64,000 nucleotides of DNA from the human T2T-CHM13v2.0 reference genome, Homo sapiens (GCF_009914755.1 NC_060928.1), one strand, 5' to 3'; counted from the stretch's first letter, positions 1 through 13,681 are shown. Notes: a model not told the origin generated them from the letters alone. A program made the numbers and translations.

Positions 1-99
1 ATGCATCACTACCAAGCAGTGGGTTTAGTGTCAGTGAAGTTTATTACATCTCTCTTGTCCTTCTGCCAGGTGATACTCAGCCATACTCACAGGCTACTC

Positions 100-245
100 C
101 ATTACTTCACTCTCAGAGTGAAGGTGACTTGGACAGAGCCACAGCTGAACTACAATGGACATGTAATCTGAGTGAGACATAAACATTTAGGGTTGGAAGC
201 CACTGGGATTTGGAAGTAGTTTGTTACCACAGCATAACCTAATGT
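100..245 (+). mobile_element. Old MaLR LTR (MLT1J/K-like) 3' fragment
   Basis: '...aagccactgggatttggaagtagtttgttaccacagcataacct' resembles the MLT1 LTR 3' end. Confidence 0.55.
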
Positions 246-967
246 GTCTTGGCAGATTGCCTCAGGATGGTCCAATTTTATTTGTAACACTTTGAGAATA
301 CAAATTGAGAGATGTTAAGTAACATACGCCTCAGTTCTACTATTCCAAATCTCACCAGTTTCTCCCACCACCAACACCTTAGTTAAACAATCTTAGCAAA
401 ATCTCTGCCAAAACAATTCTGGCCCCCTCAAGTTAAGTATATCACTAAAGTACATAGAATGTGCTTTGTATGCAACCTCAAGAAAGCTTTCTAGTAGTCA
501 GAGGCCAGTTCTCAGACCCTAAAACCCATGGTCCTTCTACTATTATTATATTCCCTTACTTTGCAAATGAAGAAAAACTCTGTGAGAAGTGGATTAACTT
601 GACCAATGTAACACTGCTACTCTGGTAGAACTGGGGCTCTGATACCCGCAGTATGCAATGAGCACACTATAATATTGTTCCAATTTGAGATACGTTTATA
701 TATGAGTAAAAATACTTTGAGCCTGTACTTCTAAGGATGCATTATTTTAAAGTATACAAAGTTTCACTTATAACCCTATGCAGATTCCTGGAGAACATAT
801 TAGTTAACATATTTTTACTTACGTACATCATTACAGTAATTATTTTGCTCTACTTATCTTGTGTACAGTATAGAAATTTTGTTATATGATTTCCTTCAAA
901 TAATTTCCTATTATTTTCTCCAAGTAAATAAGTACATATAAGCTGAGGAATTAGAAATACTGAGTTG

Positions 968-1217
968 TCACATGTTCTCATTTATAAGTTGGAGCTAAAT
1001 GATGAGAACACATCGACAAATGGAGGGGAGCAACACACACTGCGGCATATCAGAGTGGGGAGGGTGGGAGGAGGGAAAGGATCAGGAAAAATAACTAATG
1101 GAGACTAGGCTTAATACCTGGGAGATGAAATAAGCTGTAAAACAAGCCACCATGACACAAGTTTACTTAACAAACCTTTACATGTACCCCTGAACTTAAA
1201 ATAAAAGTAAAAAAAAA
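968..1217 (+). mobile_element. 5'-truncated L1PA (older primate) 3' UTR with A tail
   Basis: Runs from 'catgttctcatttataagttggagctaaatgatgagaacac' to 'cctgaacttaaaataaaagtaaaaaaaaa'. Candidate TSD AAATACTGA at 955-963 and 1215-1223. Confidence 0.9.
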
Positions 1218-2917
1218 TACTGAAGTATTAAGAATCTCTGCTGGTGTGTGCTTCTGGAATGTTTTATTTCCTAATTAGACTTGTTGAGATATTGGCAACA
1301 ACTTAAATTTTAGGTTTTCATTCACCTCTAAATTTCAGTTTTATAGAATGAAGTATCTGGTGGGTATGGCAAGCCACTGCACATATAAACAGTTTATCTT
1401 TCCTTGAATAATGATTGCAATCAAATGGAAGATTTTAGAAAAAAAAAAAAAAAAAAGCTTTTTCTGTTTTTTTTTTTATGGTGGCAATATTTTGATAATC
1501 TAAAATCCACATGGTGATACTAGTTTATATTGCCCTTTTCTCAGGTAGTAGAGAGGTAATATGAAAATTGACCTCAAAAATACTATAAAGTTATCTTTCC
1601 TCAGTTTCGGCAATAACATAAAAGAAATTTCATTATAGGTAATTTATCTACACCTTTTCTCTAAGCTATCTAAGTTATGCTCAGAATGTTCATTAATTAC
1701 TTTGAATATTACATTGGTGTTATCTTGGTGATTAAAAAGTACTTCATAATTTTAAAAACATAGCACTTATAGTGTGTTTCATGTCCTGATGTTTTTTGGA
1801 AGCTGGGAGATTTTTGTAGCAGTTACATGTTTTGGATAAATATTTATTTGGAAGAAACAGGTATGATTTTTTAAAAATAATACTCTGAGAATTTATTAAA
1901 AATTAATATACCTACCTTAAAAATGAGAAAATAAGAGATTATAGAATTCCAGGACACACAGCTATTAAACAATAGACCCAGAATTTAAAATAATGTTGAT
2001 TTAATTTGAAGACATATTTTCTGCTTCCTTAAAGTTTTCCTGGCACAACATATACCTTTATTGAATAATCTAGGGTGGTTCGGTTTTGAATTTCCTAATT
2101 CACAAGACCGCAACAAAACCTACGGTACGTAATTAGCAGACACATTTGGATTGTGTGTGGCTAGGGTAGTCTCAGCCCTTGACTCCAGAGAAGGTAGAAT
2201 CATAAACTCAAGGAGTCGCACACTATATGACAAAAAAAGCACTGTGATCTCAATCTCTGACCCAGTGTTTTTGTCCATCTATAGAGATAATACCGTGTAC
2301 TAAAAATGTGCTAAGTGCTAGGAATACAAAGACAAATGAAATTATAATCTTGATCTAGATGGTCTCATTTTCTAATAAAGGAGAAAACATTTTCAATCCA
2401 ATGACACAGAAAAGCATCAGACATTAAGATGCTTATCACGGTATTACCTATGATTATATAACTTTTTTAACAATAAGAGTATGTTTAAATAATGATTTAT
2501 TAACAAAAAGTACACATCTATTGCTTGTTAAGAGTCTGTAAAAACATCAAATTATTTTCATAATTTAATATTACATGAAAAATAACAGAAAACAGTTTGC
2601 TTTAATTGTCATCTATGTATAAAGTAGCTTAAAAGACTTGATGGAAAAACAGAATAATGTATACACTCAACATTCTATACTAGTGAGACAATAGAAAATT
2701 TATTTTTGCATGTTAATAGTATCCTGAAATCTTCATGTACACATTGTATAATGTAAATAAATGAAAAGGAGTGAATTCGATGTGAATGCCTACCTAAGAA
2801 TGAACTTCTTCTTATATACCAGATAACGCTCTGAAATAAATTTCTAATTATAAAATGAATAACTAAATAGAGTATTTTAGAGAGAGGTAGAATATCATAC
2901 TCTCTTAAGAAAATTAT

Positions 2918-3345
2918 TGTGGCATCCCTGAAAATTTGCCACTTGGTTCTCCTGCTGTGAGAACATAGCTGCCTGCCAGTACTAAGGATGAGCCCTGAGT
3001 CTGCACCAGACCCAAGCTGTCTCAGGCTGCTTTCTGTCAATAACTGAACATAGTAGGAATATTAATTCAGATCCATTCCTGTCAGACTAGGAGCCCCTCT
3101 GAAGGGCAATTTGTGTTGGAGGATTCCTACCTCCCTGGCCAAAACTTTCTTAGAAGGGTATTGCACTCAGATTCTTTTGATCCAAACTACTTCTTCCCCC
3201 CTCTACTTTCATACGTTTCAAACATCTTTGTTACCTGAAGCCTCTCTTGCCACTCCCTCCTCCTCTCATTTATGTTTCCCAAGCATTTCTCTCTTACAAG
3301 TCTAAGGCCATCTTGACATCTGTTTCTCAAAGACTTCTTCTCACA
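2918..3345 (+). mobile_element. ERVL LTR16-like solo LTR
   Basis: 3' end 'gtctaaggccatcttgacatctgtttctcaaagac' resembles the LTR16 terminus; boundaries approximate. Confidence 0.5.
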
Positions 3346-6300
3346 TTCAATTGCAACCTGTACTTATTTACTAAAGAAAATCTTTGAGTCATTTAGTATA
3401 TGATTATTATTTCTTTTTGTCTTACTAAACTCAGCTATTTTAATGTATCATACAAATTTCTTTGATGACAAGAAATTACTGTATGTGGGGAAAAAACCTT
3501 TAATAACTATATTACTCTTCTACATAACAAACAAGAGTTTCAAAATAATAACCAAGGGTTAATTTAAGTAAAGACAAGGCATGCTTTGCCATAAAATTAT
3601 GAAGAAAATCCATCCTTATTACTAGAGAAAAAAATATATGCCTATAGCAAGTCAGTCAATTAATATAAACTATTTTTCATGCGTAAATTAAACATTCATT
3701 GAGGTTTGCCAAGGAAAATCTTGGTTTACACCTGTTGCCCCAAAATGATTTTTAATAGCAGCTTCTCATCACAAAATGGCCTACTTTGGATGATTAATGA
3801 TCTAGTCACCCTGTATTTAGTTCATATAAAGGTTATTGCAAATTTCCTGGTTCTGACACGGGAGGGAGCTTCTTCCATTAATCTGTTAAGAAACCAGAGA
3901 TGAAACTCAAAGTAGCTTAATAAGGTGCCTGAGGAATGTGAGTAAACCCTGAAGAAATAGTGATAGACTATTTTCCCCACAGTGTGAAAAAAACATAATT
4001 GCAAGTGAAATTGATTGATTGGAATCCATACTTCATTGGAAAAAAATGATAATTGCTACTTGTACTGAGTATATGTACAGAAAAAATTCACTGGATAGTA
4101 AATATAATAAATATTTGTCACTGGTACTTCCTCATAAAAACTTCTGGGTTAGTTAGTTGGTCATTATTTCCACACAGGGAAAAGTTCCACCATGTTTATT
4201 AAAATAAATATAAAATTTGGTTATTCATATTGTTACCATTTGAGGTTATCATAGCCCTATTTTTTAAAAGTGGGGCTAACAATATTTTAATAGCAAATTA
4301 ATCAGTGAATTAATATAAAATCCAGATAATAGGTAGATATACTCAATCAAGAAATCCAAATTTTTGCCTGTTATAATTAAAAAATAAATAAATATGTTCA
4401 GAAATCATGACTACCACTATTATTCTTGTCATTTGAATGTCATTGACTAGAGTTAATTTTGAGTGTCATTTTGCTACTCCTATTATTTCATACTAATAAA
4501 CACAATTGACTGGGTGGTTTTGCTATCCCTATTAGTGCTCATTTAGGTAGCTGAGAAAAAGCATAAGTGGTTAGAATGAAACAAAAAGTATAGGTACCTT
4601 ATCAAAACTGATATTTTATATATTTTTATATAGCAATCAGAAGCCAAATTCAAGTTATGATTAGCTGCATGTAATCTCTACCAAAGTTCTATATACGTTA
4701 CACTAAGCATTTCTAGGAACATAGAGTGTTTGAAGTAAGAGCACGTTTAGATATCTTCATGTCCTACTCCTTATATTAAAAAATAAGGAAACTGGAGTTC
4801 TAAACACATAAATGACTTCATTAAGGCCTCCAAGCTACTTAGTGCCAAAAATTTCATATAATTATTATATTCACATGTGAAATGATTATGATGATTCAAA
4901 TGTATCAATGATCATACCACATTATATTTCAGTTACTTAGAGAAATGACTCCTACTCAAAACATACATAGAGATTGTAGTAAAAGGAAGTTATGAAGTAT
5001 TTTAGAAACTCTTAAAAAGTAGATAATGATGTAATCATCAACTGTCTATGAAACCAATACACAGTTTAAGAAACAAAACGCTCTACATTCTTCTCCAGCC
5101 TCAGATATTATAAATGTTAAGATGAATTTATTGCCGTGTTGTTGTAAATGTAATAACTAATGTGTTACATTAACTAATCTTAGTTAGTTATTACATTTTA
5201 GCATATACCTATGTATCCTTGAATGACACAACGTTACATATAGCCATAATACATTATTACGTGTAGTCACATAATCCCTTTTTCCAATCTATTGGATATG
5301 AAATAGTATCTAATTTTCATTGCATTACATTCCTGTAATTATTATAAAATAAAACACCTATTTATATGTATTGGTTATTTTGCCTTATGTAAACTACATT
5401 CTAGTTGGGATTTTAACACTCTTTAAACAATTATAACAATTATTTTATTAAACTTCATTTGACAAATGTCTATTAGGTGCTTATTGTGTGCTGAGCATCC
5501 AGCATTTCTGGATGCTGGGGATGCAAAGATGACTAAAGCAGCCCCCAGAAGAAAGCTCATGGAAAATAGAAGCCTTAAGTATTAGTATTAATCTTTTAAT
5601 GGTAATGTGGGATTTGTACAAATCCTTACAAATCTTTGAGCCACAGTTTCCTCATCAAACTTTTAAGGTTTATATTTCTGTAAACCCTTAGGTAATGAAT
5701 ATATATTAAACATTACTGGATTTATAAAAGGTAATTCAGAACTTCCTCTTGAAAACGGTAAAGTGGGCACGCTATCCTTCCTTTTTCAGAAATCAACCAA
5801 AAGTAGCAAGGAGATAGAAAACCAGATTCCCAAACTCCATTTTTTATAAGCAAGGAGACTTCGGAAATCCAAAGCACAAACAAAGAGAAGGAAGCTGGCA
5901 GAATGATACTTGCTAATTAAGGCCTGGGCAAATTATTGATACAAGATCAAAAAACAGATGCACCATTGGCAGAGGTGGGTGGTCTCTAAAACTGACTTGC
6001 GAAAGAAAATTAAAGTGAAAAAGAAAAAAAGAAAACGAAAAAACCAAACTGGCTTAGAAAAGAAAATGAAGCAAACGTCAGTTTGCTGAGGCTGATGGAA
6101 GAATGATACAGACAAATATAAACACTACTGTTTTTTTGTAATGTGGTAGAAGACAGTCCCAGCACTTTGAATAGCCCTATAACTTCATATCTTGGCTGCC
6201 TGTACATTTAGGAGATTTGGAGAAAATTTGGAAATTATTTTAAATTACTAGTACATGCAAAACAAAGGGGATGTTTTAAAAGGACAATTATTTACTTGAG

Positions 6301-6466
6301 GGAAAAATTTTTAAGTTCAGAAAAATTGTTATTACACTACATAACATGATTCACCTGTAACTGTATTTATACCACCATAATTAATTTGAATGTCCAATAT
6401 GGGTTGGATCAACATCACACTATCTCCAGACACATAATCCTCCAATTTTCTAAAATTACTTACCTG

Positions 6467-6521
6467 TATAGATAAATAGGTAAGCAGTTAGATAGATAGA
6501 TGGATGGATGGGTAGATAGAT

Positions 6522-6568
<47 letters not shown>

Positions 6569-6575
6569 GATAGAT
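6467..6575 (+). repeat. (TAGA)n/(GATA)n tetranucleotide microsatellite, compound with (GATG)
   Basis: Seen directly; it accounts for the 'YLSIYLSI' ORF 6460-6672. Confidence 0.97.
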
Positions 6576-7640
6576 ATTCTCTACAAGTTAGTCGGTGTAT
6601 GCACTTTCCTTTGTATTGATTGTTTTTTATCATCAAAAAGCAAAACAAGTGAAGGAGTCCTATTTCAACCAATTAGATGGCTAGAATTATTTTCTTCTCC
6701 AGGTTCCAGTAGCTCTTTACTCTCCTTCCTGAAATGTCTAGTTTTATAGGCACATTTGAGTATGACCACCTACTGAACTACACTGTGACCTGGTATGAAA
6801 GCAATCAACAGGCAGGCTGCTTAAGCAGGTCTGTTTATACTCCCAGGTCCTTTCTCAGGCCAAGTTGTTTAGAATAGGGTAGACACCTGAGCCCCAAAAG
6901 GTTAGCCAGACTTTCATTCCTGACAGTGGAGAATTTTAATCAATAAATGCAGCAATAGCTAATTTGTAGTGCAGCCCGTTGGCATAGCTAGAGAAAGAGA
7001 AGGAATTTCTGTCACCAAGACTGCCCCATCCCCAGCTTTCCTGATGTTTGGTTGATCAGTCCTTCACTGGGTCCCAGGGGATACCCCATAATTAGTCATT
7101 TATGTATTTACATTGGTTTGTTTGGTTTGTCTAAGTGCAATTTTGTAATTTAAAATGAAAAAAATCTTATACAACAAAAGACTTTGACAAAGAGTTAGAA
7201 AAGCAAAGACATTTTGCCATTGTTTTATTTTGCATTGGTAGGAAATGAGCAGATTTACTTCCTCAAAACATAATACAGCAAGAGCACTGTTAATAACTCA
7301 AATGTACATAAACGCTCATAGCTTGAACACAATGAATGCTTGGTTCTACTCTGCTCAACTGAATTAAGCTCAGGATGGATAATATGTTAAATTCAATAAT
7401 TAGGTATATGAACTCCTCTCACCTAACACCTCCTTTCCTTGTAACATATCCTGACTTTAGAAACAGTTCATTTTCAGTCATTTTTTTGGTATATGAAATA
7501 AAACATGTGGAGGTTACTGTAAATTTTTTTTTTGCTGGGTCATTAAGCTTGATATGAAAAAGAATCATGAGTGAGGAAGAATCTGTCATGCATGGTCACC
7601 TAATTCATCTTTCCAGCTCCAAACGCAACTACATTTAATC

Positions 7641-7913
7641 ATTTTTTTAATTAAAAAAATTGTGGGTACAAAGTAGATGTATATATTTAAGGGGAATGTG
7701 AGATGTTTAGATACAGGCATGCGATGTGAAATAAGCACAGCATGGAGAATGGTGTATTCATCCCCTGAAGCATTTATCCTTTGAGTTACAAATAATCCAA
7801 TTATATTCTTCAAGTTATTTTAAAATATACAATTAAGTTATGTTGACTACAGTTACCCTATTGTGCTATGAAGTAGTAGGTTTTATTCATTCATTCCATT
7901 TTTTGTACCCATT
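7641..7913 (-). mobile_element. L1MA-type 3' end fragment
   Basis: 'gtgggtacaaagtagatgtatatattt...gagatgtttagatacaggcatgcgatgtgaaataagcac' matches the L1MA2/3-like 3' UTR in antisense. Confidence 0.8.
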
Positions 7914-9789
7914 ATGTGGTTTTACAATTGTCTATTGATCTTTTCTCTCCTCTTGAATATTATTTTCTTTTCATTTGTCATTAACTAGAAACTCATTATA
8001 GTTTGCCATTTATCAGCAAAAGTTTTATGAAATCATATAAATTGAATAATATATATGTTCCTAAGGTAATACCTTATAATAATGTACACAATGCTTTATT
8101 TTTAACATGATTATACATCTTACTATTTAATATTTTAATGCAGTCATTCTAAATTCTACACACACAAATGTACATGTACACCATCCTCATTGTTACTCAG
8201 TTCCTTCCTTTCTTGTTTCCTTTCCTTCTCTTCTTCTTCCTCCCTGTCACCATTCCTCCCACCTCATTTCCCACCCTCCTTCTTTTTCTTATTGCTTCCT
8301 ATCTCCCTCTCTTTTTTTCTCATATGTGAATTATGATGGTGATACTAAATTATATAATTTTGAATCATTAAATAGAAATGATGATTCTCTTGACATTGCC
8401 TTTGGAGATATCAAAAATCCTATCTTATTTTAATTTATTTTCTTCAAATATTCTGTTAACTTGTTGTTACTCTACAACAATCTCATGTTCTACAAACTTT
8501 CCAACTGAACAATACTTCTACTCAAAGCTTTGACATTTAAAATACTTTATACATATGATTATTTTTAAAATTAGACTATTATCAGAATACTATTCTACAA
8601 GTGGTGACATAACGACTATAAAAAGAAGGATCAATAATAGAATAAGTATTTACTTATGTATTTGGTAAAATGTTTATGTATATGTGATAGACAAAAATCT
8701 ATGCTAGAGGACATATGACAAAAAAGGGAAGGTAAATCAATAGGTTTCCTAGCACATTCTGCACATTTTAAATATTTGTCAGAAGGAACATTAGAAATAC
8801 AGAAAAATTATTATATTAGTAAATTGGAAATACTTGGGAAATATTCTGTATAAATGATGGTAATAAGTATGGAATGAAAAAATTCTAAGAAACATATAGT
8901 ATTGGGGAATTTTTAGCTAGAAGGGAACATGAATTGATACTCTTTTCATGCACATTTCTTAAGCCAGGAAACAAGCATTATGGCCTGTCAGGGTCAAGCC
9001 AAATATGAAAAAATTCTGCTTAGTAAATTTTTGGCACACACATTCAGTTTATATGTCACTAAATCTCCGTGTGAGAAGTAGTGTTTTGCACAGCCACTTG
9101 AACTAGAAATTGATTTTGTTCAATTCACATTTGCTTTGCTTAATAGAGTCCACTCATTCATCAGTCAAGTAGGAGCAAAATGTTGACTTTCTGTTCTCAA
9201 GAATCTTAAAATTTGTTCAAAACTAAAGAAATTCACTCACTCACAATGATCTAATGACAGAAGTTTTGTGCTAGGATTCTGAACATATTAATCCTTACCA
9301 CTATCCACGAGTGTGGAGTCCTTTACCACTATCCTTACCACTCTCCATGAGCGTGGGATTTTTTTTTTGTTTATGGATGCATCTCTAGTGACTAGAGAAG
9401 TGATGGGCACTAAGTTAGCACTCAATTATTATTTGTTGTATGAATGAAAACATGAATGTGGATTTTATAAGGTAGGCATTTTACCCTAATTTTATAAGTG
9501 AAGATCACTCAGTTTCTGAGAGATTTAAATAACTTTCCAAAGTTCTTACTATTAGTAAGTGGCAAAGGAAGAATTTATCACAGGTAAAATTCATCAGGAA
9601 GACTCAAATTATTTTAAAAAGTCTCCTTTGGGTTTCTTTAATTCTGCCCTTGCATTGATAACATAGTCTATTATCAATACAACACCCATAGTGATGTTTT
9701 TAATATACAGATCTTGTCATATCATATCTATGCTCAAAACCCTGGATCTTAGTTGGAGGGTTTTCCATATCTCTTAGGATAAACAGTGT

Positions 9790-11218
9790 CTCCTCAAGTT
9801 TTTAGAATACTTTCAGTAGAATTGGTACCAGGTTTTCCTTGTATGCCTAGTAGAATTTGGCTGTGAATCCATCTGGCCCAGGGCTTTTTTTTGGTTAGTA
9901 TTTTTTTTTAATACTGATTCAATTTTGAAACTCAGTGATGGTCTGTTCAGGATTTTAATTTCTTACTGATTCAATCTTGGAAGATTGTGTGTTTCCAGGA
10001 ATTTATGCATTTGCTCCAGATTTTCTAGTTTGTGTGCATAAAGGTATCCATAATAGTATCAGAGGATCTTTTATATCTCTGTGGGATTAGTTGTAATGTC
10101 ACCATTGCCATTTCTGATTGTGCTTATTTGGATCTTCTCTCTCTCTTTTTCTTTGTTAATCTAGCTTTCAGTCCATCAATCTTGTTTATCATTTTAGAAA
10201 AGGTTTCACTGATTCTTTGTACAAATTTTTGTGTCTCCATTACATTCAGTTCTGTTCTGATATTAGTTACTTCTTTTCTTCTGCTAGTTTTGTGGTTAGT
10301 TTGTTCTTATTTTTCTAGTTTCCCCAGGTGCGATGTTACATAATTAAATTGAGATTATTTTAACCTTTTCAGGCCCACAGTTAGCATATAAACTTTCTTC
10401 TTAACACTGCTTTTGCAGCATAACAGAGACTTTAGTATATTGTGTCTCTGTCTTCATTTATTTCAAATAATTTTTTGATTTATCCCTTACTTTCATTGTT
10501 TACCCAAAAGGCATTCTGGGGCAAGTTGTTTAATTTCCATATAATTGTATGGTTCCAAGAGATCTTCTTGGTATTGATATCTATTTTTATTCCACTGTGG
10601 TCCAAGACTATAGGTGGTATGATTTTGACCTTTTTGAATTTGTTGAGATGTGCTTTATGGCTGAGCATGTGGTTGATCTTGGAGTAGGTTCCATGTGCAG
10701 ATGAGAAAAATGTATATTCTCTGGTTGATGGGAAGAGTGTTCTACAGATATCTGCTAGTTCCAATTGGTCAAGTGTCAAATTTAGTTACAGAATTTCTTT
10801 TTTACTTTACTTTTCTCCTTCAATCTTGCTAATGCTTTCAGTGGGATGTTGAAATCTTCAACTATGATTGGGTGACTGTCTAAATGTTTTTGTAGTTCTA
10901 GATGTATATCTTTAAATGTAGGTGCTCCAATGTTGGGTGCACATAAATTTAAGATAACTGAGTCTTCTTGTTGAATTGCACCCTTTATAATTATGCAATG
11001 CCCTCCTTTGTCCATTTTTACTGTTGATGGTTTAATGTCATTTTATCTGATATAACATAGTGAACCCTGCTCTTTTTGCTTTCTGTTTGCCCATTAAAAC
11101 TTTATCTAAACTTTATTTTGAGCTGATGGGCATTACTACCTCTGAGACAGGTGTCTTGAAGACAGCAGATGGATGGGTCTTGTTAATCTATCCAACCTGC
11201 CACTCTGTGCCTTTTAAG
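9790..11218 (-). mobile_element. Inverted 5' segment of an L1 (ORF2 endonuclease region)
   Basis: Minus-strand ORFs 10782-11015 and 10480-10779 give L1 EN peptides (ILNLCAPNIGAP, EYTFFSSAHGTYSKINH, DHSGIK). Confidence 0.93.
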
Positions 11219-13681
11219 TCCTCTCTAACTAATTCTAAAAAGCCAGCACCACCCTAATACCAAAACCCACCAAAGACAATGAAAAAAGAAAACTACAGGC
11301 AAATATCCTTGATGAACATAGATGCAAAAACCCTCAAAATAAATAAGGCAAACTGAACCCAACAGTACATCAAAAAGTTAATTCATCACAATCAAGTAGG
11401 TTCTATTCCTGGGATATAAGGTTGGTTCACCATATGCAAATGAATAAATGTGATTCATCATATGAGCATAATTAAAAAAAACATGTAATCATCTCAATAG
11501 ACGTGGAAAAAGCTTTAGATATAATCCAACATCCTTTCATGATAAAAACCCTCAAGAAACTAAGACTTGAAGGAACATACCTCAAAATAATAAGAGTCAT
11601 CTATGACAAATCACAGCCAACATCAAACTAAATGGTCAAAAGGTGGAAGCACCACCCTTGATAACTGAAACAGGACAAGGATGGCCACTCCTACCACTCC
11701 TATTCAACGTAAGACTAGAAATGCTAGCCAGAGCAATATGGCAAGAGAAAGAAATAAAAGGCATCGAACAGAAAAAGAAGAAATCAAACTATCTCTTTTT
11801 AGAAAGTGTGTGATTCTATACCAGGAAAATCCCAAAGAACTCCACCAAAAGGCTCCTGGAACTGATAAACCACTTCATTGTAATTCAGGACACAAAATCA
11901 ATGTTTAAAACTCAGTAGAATTTCTATACGAAAATAATGTTCAATCTAGGAGTCAAATCAAGAATGTAATCCCATTTACAATAGCCACAAAAATAATACC
12001 TAGGAAAACATGTAACCAAGGAGCTGAAAGATCTCTACAAGCAGAACTACAAAACACTGCTAAAACAATTCAAAGGTGACTCAAAGAAATGCAAAACATT
12101 TCACGTTCATGGATTGGAATAAACAATATTATTAAAAAGGCCATATCGGACAAAGAAATTTACACATTCAATGCTATTCCTATTAAGCTAACAAAAGAGT
12201 TTTCCATAGAACTAGGAAAAACTATTCTAAAATTCATATGGAACAAAAAAGGAGCCCAAATAGCCAAAGCAACTCCAAGAAAAAAGAACAAAGCCAGAAT
12301 CATCACATTATCTTATTTTAAACTATATGAAAAGGCTGCAGTAACCAAAACAGCATGGTACTGGTACAAAAACAGACACATAGGCAAATGGAACAGAAGA
12401 GAGCCCAGAAATAAAACTGCACACCTACAGACATCTGATCTTCAACAAATTTGGCAAAAATAAGCAATGAGAAAAGGACTCTCTATTCAATAAATGGTGC
12501 TGGAATAGTTGGCTAGCCATACGAAGAAGACTGAAATGGGACCCTTAACTTGCACCACATACAAAAATTGACTCATGATAGATTAAAGGTTTAAATGTAA
12601 AACTTCACACTGTAATAATCCTACAAGAAAACCTAGGAAACACCATTCTGGATGTCAGCTTTAGGAAAGCAATTATAGCTCAGTCCTCAAAAGAAATTGC
12701 AACAAAAACAAAAATGGACATGTGAGACCTTATTAAACTGAAGAGCTTCTGCAGAGCAAAAACAACTGTCAAGGAGTAAACAGATAACTTACATAATGAG
12801 AGAAAATATTTGCAAACTGTGCATCTGACAAAGATCTAATATCTAGAATCCACAGGGAACTTAAACAATTGAAAATCCAACAAAATAAAACCCCACTAAA
12901 AGTAGGAAAATACATGAACAGACATTTTTCAAAAGAAGACATAGAGGTGGCCAGCAAACATAGGGAACATATTCCACACCTCTAAACGTCAGAGAAATGC
13001 AAATCAAAACCACAACAAGATATCCTACACCAATCAGAATGACTATTATTGAAAAGCCAAAAAGCAACAGATATAGACTAGGCTGTGGAGAAAAGGAAAT
13101 GCTTATACACTGTTGATGAGAATGCAAAATAGTTCTGCCAATGTGGAAAGCAGTTTTGAGATTTCTCAAAGAACTTAAAACAGAACTATCATTCAACCCA
13201 GCAATCCCATTACTGGGTATATATCCAAAAGAAAACAAATAATTCTACCAAAAAGACACATGCACTCACATGTTCCATGCAGCACTGTTCACAACAGCAA
13301 AGTGATAGAATCAACTGATAGGTGCCCATTAGTGGTGGATTGGATAAAGAAAATGAGGTACATAAACACTACATAGCCATAAAAAAGCCATTAAAAAACA
13401 ACAAAATTGTGTTTTTTGCAGAACAGAAAAGCAAATACCCCATGTTCTCATTTGTAAGTGTGAGCCTAACATTGGGTGCTCATGAACATAAAAGGCAATG
13501 GGGACTATTAGAGAGGGCAAGGAGGTATGAGGTAAGGGTTGAAAAACTAACCATTGGGTACTATGATTCGTATATCGCTGATGGGATTATTCCTACTTCA
13601 AAGCTCAGCATCCTGGAATATACACAGGTAAAAAATCTGCACATGCATCCCTTGAATTTAAAATAAAAGTTGAAAAAAAAA
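11219..13681 (+). mobile_element. L1PA16/17-like ORF2 (RT to C-terminus) plus 3' UTR and A tail; forward part of the same insertion
   Basis: ORF2 peptides ([31 protein letters not shown]) with stops and frameshifts. Ends in 'aaaataaaagttgaaaaaaaaa'. Confidence 0.93.

Noticed and set aside
2794-2830. 37-nt minus-strand pseudo-exon (TTTCAG|...TAG|GTAGGC)
   Set aside because: It does not encode GABRG1 sequence, has a short pyrimidine tract with an upstream AG, and is typical of a chance match.
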